This document shows positions 38,982-52,700 of a stretch of DNA of 64,000 nt, one piece after another. The DNA is from Tubiluchus corallicola. Lineage: Eukaryota; Animalia; Priapulida. The position numbers were made by a program, and so were the translations under genes. The stretch is taken from assembly GCA_030141605.1 (NCBI GenBank), contig JAQGDQ010000012.1, positions 310,001 through 374,000 of the forward strand, in the 5' to 3' direction. A model generated the notes under the pieces. The model did not search any database and was not told where the DNA came from. It worked only from the letters and a program-made list of their open reading frames with translations. Each line of letters opens with the position of its first letter. Positions within the stretch are counted from its first letter, which is position 1.

Positions 38982-40776
38982 AGTCTTTTAAGTCTTTGTA
39001 TTAATGTAAAAATAACAACAAATAGCATTGCATGACAAATTGTGACTGACTGCTGTTTACCACTGCATCACATCATTATTAGGGTAATTAAGATTATGTA
39101 GGTATTAGATTTGTTGTTACTTGCCGTGACTGGTTTGAGTAATCTAGGTTTTCTAGACTAGTTGCTAGAGTCTTGCGATTTATATACCTACTGTTTAAAA
39201 ACAAATGAAGTTTTAATTATTAAAAAGCACCGATAGTGTTTTCATGTTCTGTGTGCCAATTTTTGTTAAATAAATGTAATCCGGATTGTTTGCGTATGAT
39301 TTATTTTGGATAAAGAACTTAGGCTTTCTACATGTTGATGTTGTTTCTGTGGTATTTGTGACATACTGATTCGTCATTCACATTGTTGATAATAAATTTT
39401 ATTGACACTATTTGAATTAAGTTTCTAAGCTTGTTTGCTAGTTTGTGTTTTTAAATTTTTTGGGTTCCAAAGGGCTAATTTATCTAAAGATAGAGCTACA
39501 AAACTGGTTTTTATTTGCTGCTGATTTCTAGAAAACAGACTTTTTTCCTTCGACATGTTGTTGTTGTTGCTGTTGCTTCTAATGTTTTTGTTATTATAAA
39601 ACATACCTTCAGCATAAGAGTATTATATGTATTGCATACATGTATGGAGTGAATTATTCACCATCTGATAAACAATTTAAATTTTCGTTTTTTGTAACAA
39701 ACGATAGAAAAGCTTTTCTTAGCTATTTTTTGAGTAATGTGATGAAAAATCTTGTTTGATTAAGCTTCCTATCATGTCTACAACTTTTCGAATTATTTCT
39801 TATTGCGCCATTTTCTCCTTTACAAAAATTTTGTTTACGCATCTACAAGTGTTCCTGGTAAAAGCCCCAGGTCTACCATTCATATGTTCTCACTATCTCG
39901 TAATCAGTCTGATTCTTCTACCATTTAATCAAAAATCTGTGGATGTGAAACCCATGAACTAACCAAGAAAGTCAGTGTTGAAAAAGCCTACAACACCACA
40001 GTTATACTAATTAAGTTCTAAAATCGAATGTGATTAAATGGCTTTTCTGGTTTATGACACCTGAGTTATGTGCTGTGAAGAAAAGGCTCCGTAGTCTAAA
40101 AGCAGCAGATCTTTCCTTTTTGTAGATAATACTTTACACATTCCTCCATGGAGAAATCTTGGCTGAACTTGGTTGTCGGGCAAATTTTTAACAAAAATGC
40201 TGAACACGTCAAACAGTTTTTCAAATTCTGTTTCATGAAAGATGATTACTTTTGGACTGCGCCTTTTATGTGTGTGTACAATGTACTATTAGTTGCCAGA
40301 CACGATATCTCATGCAACTGTACTTAATGTTTTATTTGTAGAAATTAAGTGTCACAAAAATCATTTCGAAATTTATAGTTCATGCGGCTAATCTTCCGAG
40401 TAATTTGTTGACAAATTCTCTTTTTGCTTATTGATAGCAGTAAATATTGTGAATCCTTAACAATATGTGTGGTGCACTGTGCAAACTACTCTACACTACA
40501 GCTCTATTAAAGGAGTTTTGCAAATGGTTGTCAGAGTGAGAAAAGTTTATAAATAAGTTTTTAAGGTGAGAAAATAAATTAATTCAGCTAATAACCAATG
40601 TAAGGCCATTAAGTATTTTAAAAGTTGTTGTGATTTGCAGTTTTATCAATAATAATTTAGTTGATTAATCGGGTGAATAACACTTGTTATGCACTAATTT
40701 TTAAAAATGTTTAGATTTTATTAGGTTCATCTAGTTACTGGGCTTTTTTATTTTAGATTTCTAAGTTCATGCCAAG

Positions 40777-43700
40777 ATGTCAGAGGATACTTTCAGTGAA
40801 ACAAACCGTTCTTCCGTGATGCTGAAAACGTTTTCGTTTCCTTTTAAGCCTTATCCTATTCAGGTTGATTTCATGCATTCCTTATATGAAGCCCTTGAGC
40901 TGGGAAAAATAGGAATTTTTGAGAGCCCGACTGGTACAGTAAGTTCGGTCGATAATAAACGTTTTCCTTACTTTTTGTAATGTAATGTTCGTGTCTACTT
41001 ACCTTACTTGGAGTCAAATAATTTACAACACAGATCGACATACGATGTGCTGATTAAAACAAGAATGTTTTGAGTTCACTGTTTGAAATCCTTTTATTAC
41101 ATAATCCTTGTATAGTAAACATATAATTGATATTACATGTCTAATATAATAATAATATGATGGTAATCATAATAGTAACGATATCATATAAATTTATTAC
41201 TGGTTAGGTTTATGTTTGTAAAAGTAAATGTGAATTCTAGACATTTTTATTGTGTAATATGAATGCATCCCGGTTTGTGCTATAGAATCTGATGCTGTAA
41301 TTATTTACAAAGGGACACTAGTTAACTACCTACTCTCCTATAACATATTTCTGCTTTCTCTAGGGAAAATCTTTGAGCTTAATATGTGGTTCACTAACAT
41401 GGCTGAGGGATCAAGAAAAGAAACAAGAACGAGAACTAGAAGAATTGGAGAAAGTAACCAATATGGGCAGCTGTAGCAACAAGACAAATGTTGATTACAC
41501 AATAGGTACGAATTGTAGTATAAAATTTGTTTGTAAAATATTATCTTGTTTTATATTAATGACATTTTTATCTAGTTATGGTACATCTATCACCTGCTTC
41601 AGCTAATGCATAGATCCTAAATATTCTTATCAGAATTTGATGTTTTGCCATACTCATTCATTTTAAAAGTTTTGTCAACATTGCACCATTTTGCATGTTA
41701 TGTATATATCTCTACATATCATGTTAGTTGATATTCTATAGCATGGATTGTATTAAGGGTCAGATTAACTGCTCAACTGTTGCTTTTGACATGTATTATA
41801 TACAATAACAATGCAGAACCTGACTGGTTGAGAGATTATGATGTTATTCACGGGCAGAGTGAAAAACTTCGTCAGCTAAAAGAAATACAAGAAAGAAAGA
41901 TGAGACGACAAAAGAAGCTGAAACAGCTGAAGGAAGCTGGCAGTTATGTCAAGTATAAGGTAAGAAATTGCTTTGTGTTTTTTGTGCTGCTTTATTGCCG
42001 AAATGCATGTGTATACAAAAGAAGGTGACTTGGAAAGAGCAAGTCAGTCAGACTATACATGTTGCATATGGTCCTTAAATCCAGGTCAGTATAGATCCTA
42101 GCAAATACAGAGAGATTTGTGGCAGACAAGGAGCACTAGCGTATTTTTAGCAAAATTCTGAATTTGCTAACAAAAATATCTGTAAAATTGTGTGAAACTT
42201 CTAGCTACTTATTTGTTTGGCTGTGACTTCAGTTAGCATAATATAACAAATATTTATTAGTCAAACAATCAGTAACCATAGATTCATGTTTCACTTTATA
42301 ATTAGCTTCACAAAAGTCATGAAAAATTGGCACACATTTAAATTAGAAACTGTTAGATAATCCAAACATTTTCCATTTTTGTTAGATGGTAAAAACTGAA
42401 TGACAATGACACATTTATGATTTTTTCGGTCAACAATTTTAAGACAAAAACTGACAATATATTAGTGCCTAAATAACAATTTTATTATGTTATTTTTAGA
42501 GTGATTGCAATAATGCTATGACTAGCACAGTAAATGCTCTTTCATTGTGTAGGTTTGCAAATTTGTCTACGTCTGCATGTGGATTTATTTGCAGTTCGTT
42601 AGTGTACACAGCCTTGGATAATGTTCAGATGTTTTAAACCTTTGTTTACAAAAATGTGTATTTTTGTGTTCCCCGAACAATCTACTTTTTGAAATAAGCT
42701 TCAATATAGTTTACAGTTTTGTATCTTTGTAAACAGGGCTGAAGTTCAGCAACAGAAGTAAAAGTGTAATTCCATCCAGTCAGCTGACTTTATCTGCTCC
42801 TACCTGAATTCACAGACTTTTGTCCTTAATTGCACTTACTGCGCAGGCACTATATCACAATGTTGTCCACTTAGAAAACTTTTTAGAAAATCTCATTGAG
42901 AAAGAGGTGCAAGTAACAATTCTGTAATTATATTTGTTGTCATACAGAGTTTTCAAGGTCCGTTTCGGGTCATTTGTGGGGCTTGAGCTTATCATATTAA
43001 CTGAAGCATTTCCTTTACAGGTGTCTCAATTTTCGAATTTCGATAAATTAAGATCTATCTTATTGAACACATCAAATAGTAGTATTTGTTTTGAGTGCCA
43101 TGCACACAGCTTGGTTAGAGTGAATAAATTTTAAGGCATTGTTCATTATGATTTCAGAAGAAGAGTGTCTATGATTCTACTTTCGATGAACTGTTTAAAG
43201 ATGCCCCTAACAATGTTAAAAATGCTGGTTTTGACAATGATGATATTGCTGGCGTTATTGACGATGATGACAGTGACGTTCTTGTGGCTGATTATCAAAG
43301 TGATGAAGAGAATCAGTGTCGTGATGATTCTGATCAAGAAGATGATGATGATATAGAAGAAGAACATGTATTAAAGGTATGTGATACTGACTGATGATTT
43401 TTTGCACTGAATCACTTACCAACTTTTTATTTTATTGATTGTTTTTAAGTTTTTTTAGTATTTTTAGCCCTTTGATGCAGCCCTGACATTACCTAGCCTA
43501 GCTAATTAAATTCACAAGATAATTTTACACGCCACTTTAGTGTAAATTAAAAAATATTCTAATCTACAATTTTTCATTATGTTTTTTATTTGGTTTTACA
43601 ATTTGGTTTGGAAATTCCTTGGTGATACGAGTGATTGATGGTATTATGTACCATCTTTTTTGATTCTTTTGTTTGTATGACATGCTTAACCAGATAGGGT

Positions 43701-46700
43701 TAATTGCTAAGTACTGTAAATGGCATAGCACCAAATATTTATTTGTAGACTTAATTTTGTGCTACTAGATTGAATCACAAAACCATGTATGTCTAATCTT
43801 GAATAAATATGAAACTTCATAACTGTGTTGATTCTCGAAATTGGGTCATTGTTGGATGTTGAATATTCAATTTTAACACCTTTTTGATAATAAAAAACCT
43901 TTTCTTCAGAAACTTTATTGGAACTTATGCATTATATTGTTCACGAAATGCTGTTTATTGTATTTGCTATATTTTATTACCTCATTTTTTATCTGACAGA
44001 GTTAACCATCTTCATCACCCAGAATTGTTTTCAACCTTTTCATTTATTCCTTGTTTATTAATTTCAGGTATTATCAATTCAAGGGTTCATTAGCCGTGCA
44101 AAGGCACATTAGAAGTGGAACTTTCTTAGCTAGTATTCCATGCTGCATGTAAGCCCTAAGCCATAATAATATTTGTTATTTTGCAGATATATTACTGTAG
44201 CCGAACGCATTCACAATTAGCTCAGTTTGTGCGTGAAATCCAGAAAAGTCCTTTTGGAAGTGACACAGCAGTAGTGGCACTAGGTTCTCGGCAGGTGAGA
44301 AAATATTAAATTAATTAAGTTAGATTAGAAAAATTTTGGATGGAGAATTTTTAATCTTGTTTTTTTGTTGCAAAATTGTGTTTATTATATTGTATGCTGA
44401 TTTAAATTTTGGTTGTCAGTTCAGTCTTGTACATAGAGTAGGAGAGCAATAGAGTGGAATATACCCATTGCCATCTGCTTCGATGCCTGGTTCTAAGCTG
44501 AATCATTTCATGTTAGATAATATGTATATTTGGTATATGTGCTTTTTATACTGGTCCTTTGAATTACTTAATGATCTTTTATTATCTTATTCACATAGAA
44601 TTTGTGTATAAATGAGAATGTGAAACGATTGAAATCGATCAGCTTGATGAATGACCGATGCTTGGAGTTACAGAAAAACAAAAGATCTACAAAGAAAAAC
44701 GAAGATGGCATAATTACAAAGAAAAGGCGATCTCGAGGTGTTACTTGTCCATTTTATTTACACACACCTTTGCAACAGTTTAAAGAAATGGTTCAGGTAG
44801 GAATTTGACATTTGTTGTCACATACTGATGTAGTAACCTATTATCCAGTTAAATATTTGTGTTGTATTCTACTGAAGTGTATTGTGCTGTATTGTATTAT
44901 ATTATATCGTTTCTGTATTTTTATTGTAATCTAAATTATCTGTCCTATTTTAATTCTGAAATCCTTCAATCCTGGACAGCTTTTCGATATCCTGCTGTTA
45001 ATGTAAAAGCCACAGTTCTATAAAATATATGTGGCATAAACTCCATTTAGTAGCTAACCTATTTAATAACTGTAATTTTATCGTCTTAAAAATTAATTTA
45101 GTTAAAACAGATTTAGTGTCGTTGATTCATTGCAAATCCTCTAACTGCTACAGGCGAAAATGAACTAACAAAAATCTTTTTTGTAGATTATTTTTAGAAA
45201 CAGGGCAATACATAATTAAGCTATAGCAAGCTTTTACAGGGCTTAGTTTAATAAATTTCTGTTTAAAATGACATATTTTGTCAATCCTGATACCAGCTCC
45301 GGGTCAAATCTTCACTTGCGATCTTAAAATGCCGAAATTAAAGTGAATCCACAGATTGAAATTCATAGTATGATACACATTGTATGGGTATGTATGTTGT
45401 TTATTTTAGGTAGAAGTCAGGGATATTGAACAGCTGACAAGTATGGGCAAGACAATGAAGGCATGTCCATATTACGGAACCAGATATGCCATTCCTGATG
45501 CACAGGTAATTTAAAAATTGGTGGTTGTATTTCGTGATTGTCATTGCCCTAGGCAGAATGCCATAGCTTTTTATGCATTTCTTTTCATACATATATATTC
45601 CGTCTGCTAGTTACACTTGTGATAGTTATTGTAGACTGTGCAGTACCTCACTTTTTTATTTGATGTATCTACAGTTTTTATAAGTTTATAATAAATCTAT
45701 TAACAGCAGAAAAATGTAAGTTCACATTTACACTCAACTGCAAAATTACTGAGAAGAATTGTTGAAACGCTTATTTTCTTTGGCGATATGCGCATTTGTG
45801 ACTTTTTAAAGCAATATTACATGTTTTTTATTACACCCAGTAATATTACACACATGTAAGGCATTTTTTCTCATTCTCTAAGGTACTACAAAGCAAAAGA
45901 TTGCAGCTAAAACTCTTGAATTTTCCTCCTTCATTTTCCATCCTATTGCTTTTCATTCTATTCCATTTCTGTTCCACTCCTTTTCTATTGCTCATTTAAT
46001 TTTTGTCGTTTCTTTAGGTTGTCGTGTTGCCGTACAATACTCTTCTTCACAGGGCAACCCGTGAAGCATGTGGCATCAAGCTGTCGGGGAATATTGTTAT
46101 TGTGGACGAGGCACACAATTTGTTAGAAACTATTAATAACATTCATAGTGTTGAGGTGACTGCAGCTCAGGTATTGTTTGGTTGTTTTTTAAGTATTTGA
46201 CTGAACCACACTATCTCAGTGTTAAATTCGTTGTACTAAGCAGCATTGTTAGTTGCTTTATTTCTTTGGTGGTAAGACGATTCTTGACAGACTTTTTTAA
46301 GAAAATAGTTCCTATGAGACATGAGAAAGATTTTGCCATGTACACAGTGCTATTTTAGAGAGTGATATTTACTTTAATGACATCAAATATGTGTATTTGT
46401 TAGTCTTTTTTTGTAATAATAATATTAAAGTTTAATGTGTAATTTCTTAATTTTCTTAGCGATTCAAAAACTCAGGAAAGTTGGTTCTTTCAAAACAGTT
46501 GCCATGACATATTTTGACAGTAATTGCCATTTACAAATTTTTTTTCCTGGTGTAAATTGAGGATTGACTAAGTATTCTTGTGGACTTTGCAAAAATTCAA
46601 GGAAATATGTTAAATGAAAATTAGGCAACATTGATGCTTTTATGATTTTTTTTGCTTTGGTTGTGTTCTGCCGACTAGAGTGCTTAATAAGTCTTGTCTT

Positions 46701-49700
46701 TGTTTTTAGTTTATCTGCGCTCATTCTCAGCTTGCTCAGTACCTGGACAAATATGGAAAGAGGCTACTTGCAAAAAATCTGTTGTACATAAAACAAATAC
46801 TGATGATTTTGAGCAATTGCATCACATTCTTAAATGATAAGTATTTTTTTTATTTATGGTTCATAAACTGTTTAACCATTTTGAAGTTGATTTTTAATGA
46901 TCTTCAGAAATTTTATTGTACCATTGCATCATTAAGTACCAGCTCACTATTTCATCAGAGCTGTAATGTTTTGATAATTGTAAGAAATGTGTGTACCAAA
47001 ATTATAGATGGTAGGAAATTTTTGGCTCAGCATTCATGAAATGACGAGTTTTTGAGTGCATTATTAGTTTAATGTCAAGTATTTATGTATTTTATTTTTG
47101 GGTAACTTTAGCATTATTATTGTCTTGACATTCATTTTGTGTACAGTACAGTGTAACTCATTAAGTATGGGATTATCACAAGTAACATTTAAACTTAGAT
47201 GCACAAACTTATTTTTGTTTTATCACAGTGCTCATTTTTTTTTATTTTTTGAAAACACGGTGATGACGACAGTTTTAGGTGGTATTTTATGTTTCATAGT
47301 TCGAGCCATTACAGCACACCAAATATACATTTTATTGTAGGTCTATTCTGGCATTTAAATTATTCACACTAGCAAGAATTTAATGTGCTTTTTCTTTAAC
47401 ATTTAATCTTTTAACGATTAGTCTATGAAGCCAAGTATCATTCTGTAGATAGATAACAAATGAATAGTTAATAAACTATAATTAAATAGCTTTCAAGCAA
47501 AAATGTCCTCTGTTTACTGTTATTTATTTATTTAACCAACATTGATTTTGTAGTTAGTTTTGGTCATTATTGCTTGGTAGTTTTGATTTGCTTTTTTGTG
47601 TTTAAGCAAAGGTGATTCCATAACACATGGAAAAATGGTTGGGGATGTTGGTACTAGACTGATGACACTTAACGAATTCCTGTTTGAAGCTAATATCGAC
47701 AATATAAATCTGTTTAAGTTACTGAAGTACTGTAAAAAGAGTCGGATTTCTAAGAAATTGAATGGCTTCATAGAAAAGTACAGTCCTTCTGTCAATACAC
47801 AAAATGGTAGGTACTATGTAGTTTGTACGATTAGCGTATTTCCTATTGGCTATTTCATATTGAATCATTTTTGCAAAACAAGTAGCATTTATAAAAACGT
47901 TTTTGCTCAATCATTCTTATTCAAGGCGTACTGACAATAACTTGTGAAGATGATTGCCACACCTGTAACAAATAACCTAGAAAAAGAAATGATTTGGTGA
48001 ATAAGTCATTCTTACTCCATCTGCTGTAGTCACATAAGCTTGACATTGCAGCTGAACTTATAACAATGATGATGATGATGATGGTGATGATGATGTGTGA
48101 TTGGTCTTGTGAGCCCAAATTTAGTAAAAAATATTGTTAGTCATTTGACCATGCCCCAATGCCCCAAGTAGGTTATTATTGTTCTATAATGTATGTGAAT
48201 AAGGACACCAACATCTGGAAATACATATATATATATATATACTGGCTGGAACTGAATTCTAATATAAAAAGCACTATCTTATTATTGAAATGTTTTCTGT
48301 AATACCAAAATCTTCTTGATTCTCATACAGCTATTTCTTTCTTTCTCTGGAGCCTATGTTTTTCCTAAAATATACTACTCTACTATGTACCACCTTTACT
48401 TTATCTTTTACCATTTATCCATACACCACTACTATTACTTTTTTGCATGCCTGTAGTTATTGCTGCCATAAAGGTTTCTTAATATATTGCTTTATAGACA
48501 AAAATGAAATGGAGACTAATGCATCATCTGTCAGCAAATTTCTACAAAACTTGTCTGGCAAGAATCAAATTGACAAGAAGAGCGAAGCTGAACAAACAAA
48601 GGAGAATAGTAATGTGAGGCTCAGTTCTCCTCTCATGCACATTGAAGGATTCTTTGAAGCACTGACAAACTCTGACAAAGATGGAAGAATTGTTGTAAAC
48701 AGGCAAGGTAATTTCACCAGTTTTTGTTATATAATAAACTTGCTAATTTAAGTAATTTAGTCTTAATTACAATTATGTTTTTACTAGTTAACCTATCAGC
48801 TGCACTCATTTCTTAGTTTCTTTTTCTGAAACACTAAATTAAGTTTAGTTGTTGTAACTGGCAAGGGGCCTCTTCTAGCAAATTCTTTTTGTACCAAATT
48901 GTGAAATATTCTGAAGACAAGTTCACTCATCAAATTGATTGGTCAAATATGTCTTATTCTTGAATTAATGACTGCAGCTGAAATTGCTATTATTTGTTGA
49001 CTGGTTTTGTAAAATCTTTCCCTTGTTGTTTAGCATAAAGTTTTTTCACAATTTTTATGAAATTAGGCTGAATAAAACATTCTTTTACAGGTATACATTC
49101 CAAGTCTTTGTTGAAGTTTCTGCTGCTGAATCCAGCTGTACATTTTGCTGACATTGTGAGTGAGTGTAGAGCTGTCATTGTTGCTGGTGGTACAATGCAA
49201 CCGGTATGCATGTTTCAAAATTCGTTCAGAGAGATATCAGCGATTGCCTGTTCCTCAGATAAACTTTAAAATCTTAAAAAAATAAAAATGTCATTTCTTA
49301 GATGAGTTGCTACTTAAAGCAGCTTTTTTTGTAAATTTCTCTGAAGTGAGGTTTTACTGTAAACCTGAAGTGATTTACAATATCTGAAGCAGCAATCTGG
49401 GCTATTCTTCACATCATGTATGCATGTGTAATAATTGATTAATTTTGCAGTAAGTCTGATGATAGATAAGATGTCATTTGCCGTTACATGTTAATCCTTC
49501 TGTTGTTTTAGTATTTTGTTACACCTATTAGTATTGTTATTTTAGAACTACCACATGTGTCAAGATAAGAGTTGGAGATGAGAAGATAGTGCATTTGCAG
49601 ACATACGGGTGTAGAATCTGCACTAATTCGTCCGGTTTTGCAGACTGCGCATCTAGTGAACTTTTGTGAATGTGCTGAAACAAGTTTACCTAATTTCAAA

Positions 49701-52700
49701 ATTCAAATGCATGTTTTTGTTTTCTCGTGATATGGTTTACGATGTGGTGTAGTAGGTATGATATGGTGGGTGGTCTTGTGTGGTATCGTGTGGTGTGTGT
49801 AGGCGCATGTTGTCACAGTGTGGCATGCATTATCGCTGTAGATTGGCAAGCAAAATTCTTGCAGGGTTTGCCTAATAATTTATTATTGATTATCGTTTAT
49901 ACCTTGTAGCTTCATACAAAAAAAGCTTTTAACAATGAGGTACATATAGCAAGTCTATAGTTTTCGTCAAGATGGTACGTGAATTTTCAAACTTCGCATA
50001 AATCCACAGATTTTGTGGATACAGACTTTACGTTGAGGATGAACGAGACATCCGTGCATCTCTGACATCTCTAATAAAGGTGGAACACATATAATGCAAG
50101 ATGCTTTAGTCATTAAATTTTATGCTTCGTACACTTCATGTTCTAATACAAATTAATGTTTTTTGTTGCCAGACATCTGAGTTCAAAGATCAGCTATTTG
50201 CTGCTACTGGCGTAACTTCAGAACGAATTGCAGAGTTTTCTTGTGGTCATGTGATACCTAGCAGCCAGTTATTGCCCATCTCACTGACAAAAGGTCCATC
50301 GGGGATAGAATTTGATTTCACATATAAATCTCGAGGAACTCCCAAAGTGGTAACTGACTTTATGTTTTCTAACTCCAAAAATGTAACAAGAATTATGGCT
50401 AAAATATAATGTACAATTCTCAAAAGTTCTTGTAAAGCATCTCATTAGCTAGAATGATTTAACAGATTAAAAAGTTATTATAAACACCTAATCATAGATG
50501 GGAATAAAGGATGTTTTGTTTATTTATAAATTAAAAAACATCTATTCAGTTAATGCTGAGTAGACTTAGGAAGGGTGTTCAGATACTCATGTTCAAGTGG
50601 AACATGCAGGAAAATCCTGACTTGAGCTAGATTCCAAGCCCGAACCCCTTCATCGGCAAATAAGTGCCGCGCTACTCAGTTACCCACTTTAACGCAATAA
50701 ACTAAAACACGTATTATTTTTTTTATAGATGGAGGAGCTTGGAAGGCTTTTGGTAAATGTGAGCAATATCATACCTGGTGGTATGGTAGTGTTCTTTCCA
50801 TCTTATGAATATGAAAAGCAAGTTATGTTGCACTGGCAGTTGACAAACCAGTTAGTCCGTATTGGTAGCAGAAAGCAAGTAAGCTGATAATAATGAGCTT
50901 GTTAAGCTGCCTGTAATGTTTGTTGTTCTTTTACTACAATGTGTGTGTTTAGTTTTGTTCAGGCACCAGGTGAGCTTGGCATATCTACACGGTACGCATA
51001 GCCATAATAAAACAAATAGCTAGAACACCAAAAAGTAAACTTTTACTGCCAAGATTTCGATATACTTATCGAAGGTTATTATTTCGTAATAGCTTTATTT
51101 GCATTAAACTTCCATTTTTGTTTACATGACATTTTCCAAAATGTGATGCACTACTAGTTTTAGTAATGCTCTACTAATGCTACTGTTGTTTTTTATAATA
51201 GCATTGTTATTAATTTTTTGTAGTTAAACTAAATTCAATAGCCAATTTTTTTTTTTTGTACTTCTACTTTGCACTTTCAGATTTTTATTTGCAGTATGTA
51301 GTAACAGGTGCAATACATACTTGCATTACTATTATTATACTTGTTATATATATTTATCTAAGGGAGAAAAACGAAATATGCCATTTTTGTGTTGTTTAAA
51401 TTATCGTATTTACTGTCCAATCCCATTTTTGTGTAATAATTTCTTACTCTTGGTTTAGAAAATTCTTTATACAGTATAAGCGCTTTTCTGAAATTCATTC
51501 TGAAAATATGTATACACATCAAAGATTGTTAACAACAATAGATTTGCTTAGATTTTCAGAGAACCAAAGAAGGCATCTCAAGTAGAACAAGTTATTCAGG
51601 AATACAGTGTTTGTGTCAAGGTAAAATGATTTTTTTAATATTTTAATAAATGTGTCTATTTTAATAAGTGCTTTGCCTGCTTTCAGAGTGTGATGCAATT
51701 TTTGTGCCAGAGGAAAACTGTTTTATTTTGTTTTCAGAGTTCTTTGCAGTTTGGTAACACGAAAACTGGTGCCATTCTTTTCTGTGTAGTTGGGGGGAAA
51801 ATGAGTGAAGGTATCAACTTTTCCGATGAACTTGGCAGGTATAGCTATAACCGTATTGTTTTCATTGACATTATTTTTAATTGTCAATATTATATTTGAA
51901 ACATATTTGAAGTTTTAGTATTCATTTTACATTACTGCTTCATAGGAGTTGTTAAATTGATTGTTCTCAATCTACAGATAGAAAAACTAAATATAAACAG
52001 AGGTCCAGAGAAGTAGAATTCTTTTAACTTAATTGATCTGACACAAGCTATCTGTTGATTTTCTTCTTGTAGTGAATGAAATTGCAGTTAATAGCATAAC
52101 AGTTTTTGTAAAGGTTCCTCGGACATGGGCTCAAGGAAACGGAATAACATTTATGCTTCTAGGAATGTCCAGGGTAAAATTATGAAAAGCAGCTGCAAAA
52201 CCTCTTCCAACAAACTGTGCTCATTTATAATAGGGATAATGGAGAAAGATCCTCATACCATATATGTAGCAATAAAGGGGAATGTTACTTAGTTATTTCC
52301 CAATAATTGACATCATTTGACTATTTGTGTGAAGCTGTTTTTGATTTATTATTGAGTAAGCAATTGTCAGATGTTTTAACTGTTAATTTTTTAATTTAAC
52401 ATTCTGTATCTGTTAACAGGCTTTCTGTGTTACCTGTTATTGCTTAAGCCAGATAATCTGTATTTCAGTTTACGAGGTATCAAAATAACATTTTGTGAAA
52501 TAGGGAATTGGAGGACAACTTGCTTTGGCTGATGATCTATTTTAACTTTTAATTAACACAAGAAATTCTAAATAGAAATAGACAAAAGATATGATAATAA
52601 CTGTACATCATAGTTATAAACATTTTCTACTTTTCAGATGTATTGTAATGATTGGTTTACCATATCCTAACTTGCATTCCCCTGAACTGAAGGAAAAGAT

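Noticed and set aside
46836-47611. Possible non-canonical donor (G|ATAAGT) for DDX11 exon 9
   Set aside because: A canonical AA|GTATTT donor at 46840 with acceptor TTTAAG|C at 47606 keeps the frame, so no exotic splicing is needed.
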